Notes: generated by a model not told the origin, from the letters alone. 64,000 bases of DNA from an uncultured Bacteroidota bacterium (GCA_963783855.1 CAWAPE010000001.1:88985-152984), one strand, 5' to 3'. Shown: positions 27,310 to 37,353, counted from the stretch's first letter. Numbers and translations are program-made.

Positions 27310-28614
27310 ATGAAAAAAATATTTTGTCTTTTAATCATTTTTAGTTTTGCGGCTATTAATCTTTACCCTCAGCAAAAGGATAAAGAAGCATTAACATTAA
27401 ATGAGATTATTTCTTTAACAATTAAGAATTACCCGCTTATAAAACAAGCTGAACAAAATGTAGAAGTAGCAAACGCAAAAGTTAAAGTACAGGAAAGTTT
27501 TGATTACCCGGTTGTAAGCGGTGAAGCATCCTATACACGCATTGGACCGATTCCGGCTATAGGTTTTCCGGGAGCCGGCTCATTTGAACTTGCACCGGCG
27601 AATAACTATGATGCCCACATAAACGCATTTTACAATATATACGATTTCGGTAAAAAAGAAGCTCAGCTAGATTTTGTTAAATCGTACAAAAAATCTGCAA
27701 CCGATAACATTGAACTTGTAAAATCGGACCTTGCTTTTGCAGCTGCTCAAACTTATTACTCAATATTATTTATCGAACAGGGTATTTCAATTACTGACAC
27801 TGATGTTGCTACTTTAAATGAACACATAAATATTACCAACAAAAAAATTGAGAGCGGAACAGCAACTGATTACGATCTGCTAAGCACAAAGGTTAGATTG
27901 GCAGATTATAATAACAGTAAACTAAAGCTGCAAAATCAGCTAAGCAATCAAAAAATTGCTCTGATGCATCTAACAGGACTGTTAAAGAAAGATGAAATCA
28001 GCACTTCAGGAAAATTAAAATTGCTAACTAAAACTGTAAATACAGATTCACTAATCGATGTTGCATTTAATCAGCGTCCTGAAATTAAGCTGGCACTTGA
28101 TAATGAAAACACGGCAAAATTAAAAGAAAATATCGTAAAACACGGTGATTTACCTGATTTAAACATCAATTTAAGATACGGACTGAAAAACGGTTTTGAA
28201 CCAAACCTGGACGCAATACGTGGAAACTGGGCTGCCAGCGTGGGTGTATCTGTACCGATATTTAACGGCTTCAGAACAAAAAGACAGGAAGAAGAAACAA
28301 AGGCGAGTCTGAATGTAACAAAAATTAGTACGTTAAATATCAAGCAAAATATTGCTGCCGAGGTAGAAAAAGCCGCGGAGAATATTCAATCTAATCTTGA
28401 GCAGATTAAAACAGCACAATTAAAAATTGATCTTGCTGAACAGGCTCTTAAAAGAGCCAGGGCACAATATGCAAGCGGAGTAGGAACGAATTTAGACCTC
28501 CTTGATGCGGAAACCAGGCTTGCAGATGCCAGGTTTCAATACCTGAGAACGACCTATGAAAATATTATGCAAACTTATGAATTAAAAAAAGCAGTCGGTG
28601 ACATTATCTGGTAA
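27310..28614 (+). CDS. TolC family outer-membrane efflux protein
   Basis: Track ORF starts at 27262. ATG 27310 begins a signal peptide (MKKIFCLLIIFSFAAINLYPQ). Repeated TolC-like coiled-coil/barrel halves. Confidence 0.85.
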   Translation: MKKIFCLLIIFSFAAINLYPQQKDKEALTLNEIISLTIKNYPLIKQAEQNVEVANAKVKVQESFDYPVVSGEASYTRIGPIPAIGFPGAGSFELAPANNYDAHINAFYNIYDFGKKEAQLDFVKSYKKSATDNIELVKSDLAFAAAQTYYSILFIEQGISITDTDVATLNEHINITNKKIESGTATDYDLLSTKVRLADYNNSKLKLQNQLSNQKIALMHLTGLLKKDEISTSGKLKLLTKTVNTDSLIDVAFNQRPEIKLALDNENTAKLKENIVKHGDLPDLNINLRYGLKNGFEPNLDAIRGNWAASVGVSVPIFNGFRTKRQEEETKASLNVTKISTLNIKQNIAAEVEKAAENIQSNLEQIKTAQLKIDLAEQALKRARAQYASGVGTNLDLLDAETRLADARFQYLRTTYENIMQTYELKKAVGDIIW

Positions 28615-28617
28615 CAG

Positions 28618-28655
28618 AAAAGCCCAATCACAAATATGATTGGGCTTTACTTTTT
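28618..28655. terminator. Bidirectional terminator after the efflux operon
   Basis: AAAGCCCAATC (28618-28629) pairs with GATTGGGCTTT (28638-28648), then ACTTTTT. Confidence 0.75.
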
Positions 28656-28672
28656 ATAGTTATTTATAAATT

Positions 28673-29077
28673 TTATTTCTTCAAATAAGCCTTCATTCCG
28701 CCCAATACATTTTCCACGTTATAATTATGCCCTTTTAATATTCCATATGCAATACTCGACCTGTGTCCCGATCTGCAAATAACTGCTATCTTTTTATCCT
28801 TATAGGGCTTTAGCTCATTTATTCTCTCTTGCAGTTCCTTTAAAGGAATATTAATTGCCGATTCAATTTTAGGAAGTTTACCGGTTAGTTCTTCTTTTGT
28901 TCGGACATCCAGAATTACAAGATCAGGATTTGATTCCATCTGTTCCTTCAATTGAAGAACAGTAATGTCATTATTATTAGTACTGTCAGCTGATGCTTTT
29001 TTATCCTGCGCGTTACAACCCGCAAGAATAAACAAAGTTAATGTCACAACAAGTAACACTGATTTGTAGCTTTTCAT
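28673..29077 (-). CDS. Rhodanese-domain lipoprotein
   Basis: Likely start at ATG 29077 (MKSYKSVLLVVTLTLFILAGC lipobox); active-site loop CRSGHRS. Confidence 0.8.
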   Translation of the reverse strand: MKSYKSVLLVVTLTLFILAGCNAQDKKASADSTNNNDITVLQLKEQMESNPDLVILDVRTKEELTGKLPKIESAINIPLKELQERINELKPYKDKKIAVICRSGHRSSIAYGILKGHNYNVENVLGGMKAYLKK

Positions 29078-29105
29078 TTGAACAATCCTGTTTAATATTA
29101 AATAA

Positions 29106-29915
29106 TTAACTTGACTGGAATAAATGAACATCTCTTTGCGGATAAGGAATATTTATTCCCTCTTTATCAAATGTATCTTTAACAGTTTCAGTCATTCCAA
29201 AATAGACATCCCAATAATCAGCTTGATTAATATAACCTCTTACAGCAAAATTCACACTATTATCGCCTAATTCTTTTACTATTATTTGCGGCGCCGGATC
29301 TTTTAAAATTCTGTTTTCACTTTCAATTAATGAGGTAAGAATTTTCCTTACCTTTTTCATATCGTCATTATATCCTACCCCAAAAATCCATTCTGCTCTG
29401 CGGGATTCATGGGCCGAAAAATTAACAATAATGTCCCCCATCAATTTACCGTTAGGAATAACAACCTTTATATTATCCGGGGTTTTTAAAATAGTATAAA
29501 GCATTTGTATTTCCTGTATTGATCCCGCAGTACCCGCAGCCTGTATAAAATCACCGGATTTAAATGGCCTGAATAAGATCAGGAGAAATCCTGCTGCAAA
29601 ATTAGCAAGAGCACCCTGCAGTGCCAGACCAACTGCCAGGCCGGCGGCACCTATTATCGCCACAAAAGAAGTAGTTTCAATTCCAACCTTTGAAAGTGTG
29701 GCAATAACAACGAAAGCCACTATTATAGTGTATGCAAGATTAGCAAGAAATGAACTTATAGTATCATCCATTTCCCTTTTTTTCATAATTTTATGCAGCA
29801 TTTTTTTAATAAATTTTGCCGTCCACATTCCTATTACCAATATGAGAATAGCGGAAATTATATCGAGCCCGTAAAGTGTTATAACATTTCGCATAGATAA
29901 GAAAAAATCTTCCAT
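29106..29915 (-). CDS. Small-conductance mechanosensitive channel (MscS family)
   Basis: 269 aa; three N-terminal TM helices followed by an MscS beta domain (LFRPFKSGDFIQ). Confidence 0.85.
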   Translation of the reverse strand: MEDFFLSMRNVITLYGLDIISAILILVIGMWTAKFIKKMLHKIMKKREMDDTISSFLANLAYTIIVAFVVIATLSKVGIETTSFVAIIGAAGLAVGLALQGALANFAAGFLLILFRPFKSGDFIQAAGTAGSIQEIQMLYTILKTPDNIKVVIPNGKLMGDIIVNFSAHESRRAEWIFGVGYNDDMKKVRKILTSLIESENRILKDPAPQIIVKELGDNSVNFAVRGYINQADYWDVYFGMTETVKDTFDKEGINIPYPQRDVHLFQSS

Positions 29916-30142
29916 TTTGTCAGCTCCTGTTTATTTGTTTTAATTGAACTTAAGGTAAAATAATGAAATGATTTTCAGGGATCGAATTTCACGGGATAAT
30001 ATATTCCAGCTGAAATTAACTATGGATAGAATATTGCGGAGAAAATATGAAATCTGCGCCCAATTCATTAATCAAAGTAAAAAATATTATATGAATAGCA
30101 AAAAGATTAATTATGAGGCAATTTAAGGAATTAAATGTTGGC

Positions 30143-30176
30143 AAAAAAAATGGTGCAGCCGGTTAAGCCTGCACCA
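30143..30176 (-). terminator. Intrinsic terminator after the NTF2-like gene
   Basis: On the minus strand: TGGTGCAG-gcttaaccgg-CTGCACCA followed by T9. Confidence 0.75.
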
Positions 30177-30201
30177 TAAAGAACAGAATAAATTGAACTT
30201 A

Positions 30202-30648
30202 TTATTTATTCTTATCAAGATAAAAAGCACCGCTAATGATCTTCCAGTCATTACCTTCTTTCATTAAAGTAACGAACCCGGTTGAGGTCATTCTTGGATC
30301 TTTACAGGCAACTTTTGCAATTGCTGTATTGCCGTGTGAATCAATGTTTAAAATCTCAAGCTGTCTTTCCCAGCCGCCGACTTTTCCATTTCTTATAGCA
30401 GAAAGATATTCATCATAATTATATTCTGATGTTTTGTTTGTAATAGCGTTAGTATTTACAAACGTAGATCTTTCGCTGATAGTTTTTTCAAGGCCTTTAA
30501 CATTTCTTGTATCAGTATTTTTTACAAATTCCTGAACAGCTTTTTTTACTGAGGCCATATCCTTATCCGACAATTTATTCATTGCCATGGATGACATTGT
30601 AAAAACGAATCCTAAAAACAGGATTGACATTATTTTTATTGTTTTCAT
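30202..30648 (-). CDS. Secreted NTF2-like (SnoaL/lumazine-binding-like) protein
   Basis: 148 aa; signal peptide. Size and pattern fit an NTF2-like fold; weak call. Confidence 0.45.
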   Translation of the reverse strand: MKTIKIMSILFLGFVFTMSSMAMNKLSDKDMASVKKAVQEFVKNTDTRNVKGLEKTISERSTFVNTNAITNKTSEYNYDEYLSAIRNGKVGGWERQLEILNIDSHGNTAIAKVACKDPRMTSTGFVTLMKEGNDWKIISGAFYLDKNK

Positions 30649-30959
30649 TTTTCTCCCGGGAAAAATTTGTGTAATTAAGTTTATTAATGATGTTTAGGAG
30701 AATCATTCCCCACAAATATGCTTATACATCTCACATATTATCACTTCAAGAATAATGATTTTGAGCCAAAAAAGCAGTTTAATTACATGAACGGATTTTA
30801 GCATAGATGTGTGGTATGAAAAAGGAATAATGATATTAAGAGAAAAATTTTTCCCATAATTTTATCACAATTTAATGTAAAGTCACCTGTATTAATCTTA
30901 TATTTAAAAACTTTTGAAGTTTTTCAAAAACTTTTTAATTCTAAAATAAAGGAGTAGTA

Positions 30960-33005
30960 ATGTTAAAGAATTGTTCCTGTTTTTTGCTGGCTGCAGTTAT
31001 TACCTTAATAATTGCATACCCGGTAAAAACATTTTCGCAGGATAAGGGAGTAAAAGGATTCGACAGGGCGCAGATGGATACAAGTGTGGACCCAACAGCT
31101 GATTTTTATGATTACGCAGTTGGTGGATGGCTGAAAAATAATCCTATACCAGATGAATACAGCCGATGGGGAAGTTTCGAGGTGCTTGCCGAACGAAATT
31201 ATAAAATATTAAGAAAAATTCTTGAAGATGCTGCAAATGATACAAATGCAAAACAAGGGAGCATCGAACAAAAAGTCGGGGATTTTTATTATACGGGAAT
31301 GGACACAGTTCAGATAGAAAAAGACGGTTACAATCCAATTAAACCGGAAATAAAATCTATATCTGAAATTAAAACATTGCCCGATGTTTATAAAGAAGTT
31401 GCGGCGCTTTACCTTGGAGGAACATCTTCAATGTTTCGCTTTTATGGTTCAGCTGATGAAAAAAACAGCGAAATGGTAATTGCGCAACTTTCACAGGGCG
31501 GACTTGGACTACCTGACAGAGATTATTACACTAAAGAAGATAAACACTCCAAAGAAATCAGGGAAAAATATGTTGAGCACGTGGCAAAAATGTTCACACT
31601 TATAGGCCAGGATAAAGCAACTGCTGAAAAAAATGCTCACACAGTAATGAACATCGAAACAAGACTGGCAAAGTCTTCGATGACAAGAGTGGAAAGAAGA
31701 GACCCTGATAAAACTTATAATAAAATGTCTCTTGCCAAACTTAAAGAGATGACTCCCGGTTTTGACTGGAATGCTTTCTTTACAGGAATCGGACTTTCAA
31801 ATCCCGGTGATATAAACGTGGCACAACCGGCTTTCTTCAAAGAAGTTGCTGTAATGATGAAAGACGTTCCGGTTAATGACTGGAAGGTTTACCTGACCTG
31901 GAAACTGGTTGATGACTCAGCTCCTTACCTGAGTTCAGATTTTGAAAATGAAAACTTTGCATTCAATGGTAAATTCCTGAACGGTGCAAAAGTACTCTCT
32001 GAAAGATGGAAAAGAGTTATGCGCACAACAAGTGGAGTGCTTGGTGAAGACCTTGGACAACTTTTTGTGAAAGAAACCTTTCCGCCTGAAGCAAAAGCAA
32101 GAGCACACAAAATTGTTATGAATCTGCTCGAGGCAATGGGTGAAAGAATAAAAGCCCTGGAATGGATGAGTCCCGAAACAAAAGAAAAGGCTCTCTATAA
32201 GCTGAAACATTATACAGTAAAAATTGGTTACCCTGATAAATGGAAAGATTATTCCAAACTGGATATTAAAAGAGACTCTTATGCAGCAAATCTTCTCAGG
32301 GGAAGTGAATTTTCTGTACAAAGAAACCTTAATAAAATTGGGAAGCCTGTAGATAAAACAGAATGGGGAATGACTCCGCAAACAGTTAACGCATATTACA
32401 ATCCTACAAGGAATGAAATTGTTTTCCCTGCAGCAATTCTCCAGCCTCCGTTCTTCAACCAGGACGCCGATGACGCAATTAATTACGGCGCAATGGGTGC
32501 TGTAATTGGACACGAAGTTACTCACGGTTTTGATGACGAAGGAAGAAAATACGATGCCGAAGGTAATTTAAAAGACTGGTGGACACAGTCAGACAATGAT
32601 AAATTTAAAGTGAGAGAGCAGAGAATTATCGACCAGTTTGATTCTTTTGTACCTGTTGACACAATGCACGTAAACGGTTCATTGACGACCGGCGAAAACA
32701 TTGCCGACCTCGGCGGACTTACAGTGGCTTTCACCGCTTTCGAGAAAACGAAAGAATATAAAGAAGGTAAAAAGATTGACGGCTTTACACCGGCACAGAG
32801 ATTTTTCCTTTCATGGGCACAAGTATGGAAAAATAATGTACGTGACAAAGCTGCAATTTACAGGTTAAAAGTAGATCCGCACTCACCCGGTAAATACAGG
32901 GTTAACGGACCTTTCAGCAATATGCCTGAATTCTGGAAAGCATTTAATGTAAAACAAGGCGACCCGATGAGAAACCCTCCGGATAAAGTTGTAAAAATAT
33001 GGTAA
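30960..33005 (+). CDS. pepO: M13 family metalloendopeptidase (PepO/neprilysin-like)
   Basis: 681 aa; signal peptide; VIGHEVTHGFDD zinc motif and ENIADLGG. Confidence 0.9.
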   Translation: MLKNCSCFLLAAVITLIIAYPVKTFSQDKGVKGFDRAQMDTSVDPTADFYDYAVGGWLKNNPIPDEYSRWGSFEVLAERNYKILRKILEDAANDTNAKQGSIEQKVGDFYYTGMDTVQIEKDGYNPIKPEIKSISEIKTLPDVYKEVAALYLGGTSSMFRFYGSADEKNSEMVIAQLSQGGLGLPDRDYYTKEDKHSKEIREKYVEHVAKMFTLIGQDKATAEKNAHTVMNIETRLAKSSMTRVERRDPDKTYNKMSLAKLKEMTPGFDWNAFFTGIGLSNPGDINVAQPAFFKEVAVMMKDVPVNDWKVYLTWKLVDDSAPYLSSDFENENFAFNGKFLNGAKVLSERWKRVMRTTSGVLGEDLGQLFVKETFPPEAKARAHKIVMNLLEAMGERIKALEWMSPETKEKALYKLKHYTVKIGYPDKWKDYSKLDIKRDSYAANLLRGSEFSVQRNLNKIGKPVDKTEWGMTPQTVNAYYNPTRNEIVFPAAILQPPFFNQDADDAINYGAMGAVIGHEVTHGFDDEGRKYDAEGNLKDWWTQSDNDKFKVREQRIIDQFDSFVPVDTMHVNGSLTTGENIADLGGLTVAFTAFEKTKEYKEGKKIDGFTPAQRFFLSWAQVWKNNVRDKAAIYRLKVDPHSPGKYRVNGPFSNMPEFWKAFNVKQGDPMRNPPDKVVKIW

Positions 33006-33023
33006 GATAATTCTTAATTTTAT

Positions 33024-33055
33024 AAAAGCCCCGATCAAATAACCGGGGCTTTTTA
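33024..33055 (+). terminator. Intrinsic terminator after pepO-like gene
   Basis: GCCCCG (33028-33033) pairs with CGGGGC (33044-33049), followed by TTTTT. Confidence 0.75.
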
Positions 33056-33303
33056 TGGTTTAAAATACAGAGAACAGCAGAACTAATGGAAATTATTACA
33101 GAAGGTAATTAATTACTTCAACTTTTTTTGTTTTCTTCAACTTGTCTATCTCTTTCCGGAGACCTTATTCAAGACCAAGTTTATATTTTATTGAATATAT
33201 AATAACTGTATCATAACACACTATGGCTTTACCCATCCGGTTTGCCTTTTTTATATAACTTCGCAAGTTCATTCCAGATAGAGACATAAAAAGGTAAAAT
33301 GCT

Positions 33304-33335
33304 AAAAAAACTCCCTCTCCTTTGTAAGAAGAGGG
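33304..33335 (-). terminator. Intrinsic terminator after membrane protein gene
   Basis: On the minus strand: CCCTCT-tcttacaaagg-AGAGGG, then AGTTTTTTT. Confidence 0.65.
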
Positions 33336-33353
33336 ACAAAGTGTGAGGTCATG

Positions 33354-33917
33354 TTACATTCCTGCAGGCCAGAGCCAGCCAAAGACTCCTGCCGTTAGCA
33401 ATGCATAAACCAGGCCGTCAAATACATTCTTAAAAGTAGTAACCCAGCTTGTCTTATACCAGATAGGCTGTGAGAATATCGCAAGAGAATAGGCTGCGAA
33501 TGCTATACAGCCGGCAAAACGGAAAACAGAAAGATAATGAGCGCCGGCCGGCAATGCGTGCCCGGCAATGTAGGCCGCGAAAATGCCCACCACTATACAA
33601 AAAATAAACCACTGTACAAGGCTGCTTCCCATTTTAAATTCTTCGTTCGGGTAAACTGTCATTAATGCAACCGGGCCGCTTTTTAACTTTTCCTTAAAGG
33701 CATCGCTTCCCCTCTCCTTCGGATCACAGTTCGGAACCATATAATCGCCGGGAGGAATATTCAGCGGGCGAACCGCATCACGGAATTTATCCTGGTCCGG
33801 TAATTTTTTAAAATCCGAATTATGGTATCCCAGCACTGTATGCATCAGTGCGCTGGCAATAAAAACAACCGCAGCGGAAATAAGGATCGGCAGCCATAGT
33901 GCAGTTAAAGAGACCAT
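33354..33917 (-). CDS. Hypothetical integral membrane protein
   Basis: 187 aa with four hydrophobic segments; no motif recognised. Confidence 0.5.
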   Translation of the reverse strand: MVSLTALWLPILISAAVVFIASALMHTVLGYHNSDFKKLPDQDKFRDAVRPLNIPPGDYMVPNCDPKERGSDAFKEKLKSGPVALMTVYPNEEFKMGSSLVQWFIFCIVVGIFAAYIAGHALPAGAHYLSVFRFAGCIAFAAYSLAIFSQPIWYKTSWVTTFKNVFDGLVYALLTAGVFGWLWPAGM

Positions 33918-34058
33918 TTATACCTCCTGGTTTTGTTTATTGAAATGGACAAAATCATTAAGAGTATATTTATTTGAATTATTGCAATTTTAAACGGGAT
34001 GTAAGGCTGTGAGCAATTTGGCGAACGGGGGAATTAAAGTCAACTGGAAATAAAAATG

Positions 34059-34186
34059 AAAAGCGGTTTAATTGCACAATTTGTCATCCCGAACTTGTTT
34101 CGAGATCTAATAAATTAAACGATTCTGAAACAAGTTCAGAATGACATTGATTTTGTATCCTGAATATATGCAATTAACCCGCTTTT
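34059..34186. repeat. Nested palindromic intergenic element, copy 1
   Basis: Outer 18-nt inverted repeat (34059-34076 / 34169-34186, 1 mismatch). It encloses TTGTCATCCCGAACTTGTTTCGAGATC (34081-34107) and GATTCTGAAACAAGTTCAGAATGACA (34121-34146). Confidence 0.8.
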
Positions 34187-34200
34187 AAGGAAATTTAAAT

Positions 34201-34938
34201 TTATTTTTTCTCTTCGAGCTCTTCAATTTTCCTGTTAACGAACCTGGCCGCACGCGGCATAAGGTCTATAGCTTTCTTGTAATTTTTTATGGCGTTTTCT
34301 TTATCGCCTTTCGCAGCATAAACTATTCCAATTCCATAATATGCAACACCCGATTTCGGGTACATATCGATATTAAGCTGCGCCATCTTTAAGGCATCGT
34401 CGTACTTCTTGTCCTTGTTCAGCATCTGCACAAGTTCAACCAAAGTATGATCCTTGAAATCATAAGTAAACCCGCCATAGTATTCATCGTGCAGTTTGTG
34501 GTAAGTCGAAATGGCCTCATCAATTCCCTTTTTGTTGATGGTTCTGTATAAAACATCCTGCAGCATTTTGGGTTCTTTGTTTCCGCGGTGGCAGGTCACG
34601 CATTTTACCTGCATTATATTATCACTGTATTCCGAAAGTTTGGACAGGTAGTTTTTATTAATAGCCATCGTCATTTTAAGCATTACCCTAGCTTTGTTCT
34701 TAGCTGTCTTCGTGTCTTTGGAAAACTCCATTTTATCCGTCACTTCATTCCTCACATGGCAGAATTCACAGTTAACTCCCAGTCCATCTGTGAAACTGTG
34801 CATAATATCATCAAGCTTTTCTTTTGTGATATTCTTCGGCAGGATTTTAAGGTTTTCAAACTTTTCCGACTTCTGTGCGTTTGCAGTAATAACAAATGCA
34901 AAAACAGATATAAACAGAACAAACATAATGTTTTTCAT
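34201..34938 (-). CDS. Secreted di-haem c-type cytochrome (reaction-centre cytochrome-c-subunit-like) with C-terminal TPR
   Basis: 245 aa; signal peptide; two CxxCH motifs (CEFCH, CVTCH); TPR-like tail (AYYGIGIVYAAKGDKENAIKNYKKAIDL). Confidence 0.6.
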   Translation of the reverse strand: MKNIMFVLFISVFAFVITANAQKSEKFENLKILPKNITKEKLDDIMHSFTDGLGVNCEFCHVRNEVTDKMEFSKDTKTAKNKARVMLKMTMAINKNYLSKLSEYSDNIMQVKCVTCHRGNKEPKMLQDVLYRTINKKGIDEAISTYHKLHDEYYGGFTYDFKDHTLVELVQMLNKDKKYDDALKMAQLNIDMYPKSGVAYYGIGIVYAAKGDKENAIKNYKKAIDLMPRAARFVNRKIEELEEKK

Positions 34939-35081
34939 ATAAGGCTACCTCCGGGAGAGATTTGTATGAATATATTTTAATACTAAGAAATTAAGGCTGT
35001 ATTTAACTTTGAACTTAAGAGGGGCAAGTTCAACCTATTTTTGATAAATGGCATTCCTGCAAAAAATACTTTGAAATACCT

Positions 35082-35990
35082 CTAAAATTTATCCATTATT
35101 TTACTTCTTTTCACTCTCTTTAGTTTCAATTGAACCATCACCGCACCACAGGCCGCAATTAATAACCCGACACCTTCTTTCACTGAGAGAGATTCACCAA
35201 GAAATATATATGCTAAAACAGCAATTTGTATCAACATAGTTCCGTTAATAATGCTCGATTCCATTGCAGTGAGTGAGCGAAGTGTAAGATTCCATATTGT
35301 AAAAGCCATAGCAGTGTTAATAATTGCAAGCCAGAGAAGATAAATAATATTTATAAAACTCAGTGAAGGAAGTCCCTGGAAAAGTAAACCTGTTGCAAGT
35401 AAAATTATTCCTCCAACTCCCATACTTATTACTGTAACAACAAGCGGAGATATTTTTCCGGTACGATTTATATCTCTCCCCAGCACAGCAGATAAAGCAT
35501 TTGCTCCCACCCCGATGGACATAACAATCAACCCTGTAATTTCAGATGGGCTAAAATAAATTGGTGAAAAATAGATAATAATACCGACAACAAAGAGAAA
35601 AACTCCAAGCCACTGGACAATTGTCGGGAATTCGGAAATCATAAAAATTGCGAGCACAGCAACAATTACTGGAGTAAAATTCAAGAGAAGGCTAACAGTA
35701 ACCGCAGGCAAAAGAGAAAGTCCTAAAAACTGTGCTCCCTGAGTCAAAGCATAAAATAAAACACCAAGCAGAAAAAGTTTTATTAATATTTTCCTGTCAA
35801 GATTTTTTACTATCTCCAGATTTTTCTTGCGGATTGCAAAGGGCAGTAAACATAAAAAAGCAATAAAATAACGAAGGCCCGCAAATGTAATCGGGGGAAT
35901 ATCTGCGAGCCCCCATTTAATTATAATAAATGAAGTCGACCACAGAAAAGTTACAAGCAATGCTTGCAGAATCGCTTTCAGATTGCTCAT
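35082..35990 (-). CDS. EamA/DMT family transporter
   Basis: 302 aa, 10 TM segments in two repeated halves. Confidence 0.85.
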   Translation of the reverse strand: MSNLKAILQALLVTFLWSTSFIIIKWGLADIPPITFAGLRYFIAFLCLLPFAIRKKNLEIVKNLDRKILIKLFLLGVLFYALTQGAQFLGLSLLPAVTVSLLLNFTPVIVAVLAIFMISEFPTIVQWLGVFLFVVGIIIYFSPIYFSPSEITGLIVMSIGVGANALSAVLGRDINRTGKISPLVVTVISMGVGGIILLATGLLFQGLPSLSFINIIYLLWLAIINTAMAFTIWNLTLRSLTAMESSIINGTMLIQIAVLAYIFLGESLSVKEGVGLLIAACGAVMVQLKLKRVKRSKIMDKF

Positions 35991-36382
35991 TATTTATTAA
36001 TGGAATATGGTAGATGGATTATGGAATACATATAATCAATAGCGGTTTATAATTTTAATTTTTCATTTCCCATCTCTATTCTGATTCAAGTACAAATCTA
36101 TAATTCAATGGCATTACCGGTCGATTATTTTTGTGCAGAATTTTTGCAAATTTTTCAATTTCATAAAAATCTTCTAGATACATATAATTAAGGGTATTTA
36201 GGCAGAAATGTAATTTTAACAAAAGGAATTTAACCTAATTAGAGTTATATCCAAAAATTTATTTGGCCTTAACAGGTTATTAATTCATAAGCATAGAATT
36301 TTTCAATAATTAACCTCAATTAACAATGTAACCTTTTTATTATTATTTCAGTCTAAAATAGTAGATAAATTAAAGGTAAATT

Positions 36383-37318
36383 ATGCGAACTCATAAAGTA
36401 CAACTAAGCTTAATTATTATAATTTCTGTATTCCTGGTTACACTGCTTTCCTCCTGCAGAGGAAATCTACAATTTAGATCGGACAGTCATCTTAAGGTCT
36501 TCCAGGAAAAGACTTTTAATATAGAACAGGGTAAATTATTAAAGATGAAGGTTTCATCAGCCGATGTTGTAATAAAATCTTGGGACAAGCCGGAAATATA
36601 CGTTAAAGTTTCCGGTAACAAGAAGGCCATAAAGAGAGCCGATATTGAATACAACAAAGATGAAAATATGTTAGAAATCCGGAGCGATAATGAAGACCAC
36701 TTTAACTTCTTTTCCGAAGGATTGTTCATGAAATTTGAAATTTTTGTTCCTGAAAACTTTAATACAGATATCCGAACCAGCGGCGGAATAATTTCTGTCA
36801 CCAAACTTGCCGGTGATTTTGAACTCAAAACAAGCAGCGGTGATATTATACTTAAAGATTTAAATGGGCCAATTAGGACGCGAACATCGGGAGGAACTAT
36901 TTCGGGAAATAATATTAACGGCGATACAAGAATTTCCACATCCGGCGGCGATATCAATTATGAAAACTTTAATGGTGACCTGATTGCATCCACATCCGGC
37001 GGTACAATAAATCTAAACGGCAAAGATTCAAAAATTAATGCAAGCACATCAGGGGGAGATATAAATCTAGTTTATTCAGGAATCAACAAAGGAATAAAAC
37101 TTAATACATCCGGCGGTACAATTACAATAAAAGTACCGGCAGATTTTAATGCGAGCTTGAAACTCCGGACATCAGGCGGTACAATAGACTGCGGTCTGAA
37201 AATAAATAATCTGGGAAAAGTTACTTCACGCAAGCTCGAGGGCGATTTAAATAACGGCGGGAATACCCTGCTGGCAACAAGCTCCGGCGGTGATATCAGA
37301 GTTTCTGAAAAGAAATAA
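36383..37318 (+). CDS. DUF4097-like beta-repeat protein (putative adhesin)
   Basis: 311 aa; lipoprotein-like signal (LLSSC); about eight repeats of the TSGG(D/T)I motif. Confidence 0.7.
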   Translation: MRTHKVQLSLIIIISVFLVTLLSSCRGNLQFRSDSHLKVFQEKTFNIEQGKLLKMKVSSADVVIKSWDKPEIYVKVSGNKKAIKRADIEYNKDENMLEIRSDNEDHFNFFSEGLFMKFEIFVPENFNTDIRTSGGIISVTKLAGDFELKTSSGDIILKDLNGPIRTRTSGGTISGNNINGDTRISTSGGDINYENFNGDLIASTSGGTINLNGKDSKINASTSGGDINLVYSGINKGIKLNTSGGTITIKVPADFNASLKLRTSGGTIDCGLKINNLGKVTSRKLEGDLNNGGNTLLATSSGGDIRVSEKK

Positions 37319-37327
37319 CCCTTTTAT

Positions 37328-37353
37328 AGCCCGGTTTTAAGCGGGGCTTTTTA
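37328..37353 (+). terminator. Intrinsic terminator
   Basis: AGCCCGG...GCGGGGCT hairpin with one bulge, followed by TTTTT. Confidence 0.55.

Noticed and set aside
31935-32525. 196-aa antisense ORF inside the M13 peptidase gene. Similar cases are 36487..36957, 34588..34980, 46983..47372, 53015..53401, 53894..54250, 45145..45486 and the many 60-110-aa ORFs inside uvrA, RND, X-1 and X-2.
   Set aside because: All lie wholly inside strongly supported genes on the opposite strand or in another frame, and have low-complexity or Cys/Phe-rich composition typical of shadow ORFs.
34081-34146. Strand-specific RNA structure of the palindromic element, inferred from G-U versus C-A pairs.
   Set aside because: Counting the five non-Watson-Crick positions gives 2 wobbles and 3 mismatches on one strand and 3 wobbles and 2 mismatches on the other, so there is no meaningful strand preference.
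35991-36382. Long (about 390 nt) AT-rich intergenic region inspected for an sRNA, repeats or a missed ORF.
   Set aside because: No stable hairpins, repeats or ORF with start context were seen. It is probably divergent/terminal promoter space.
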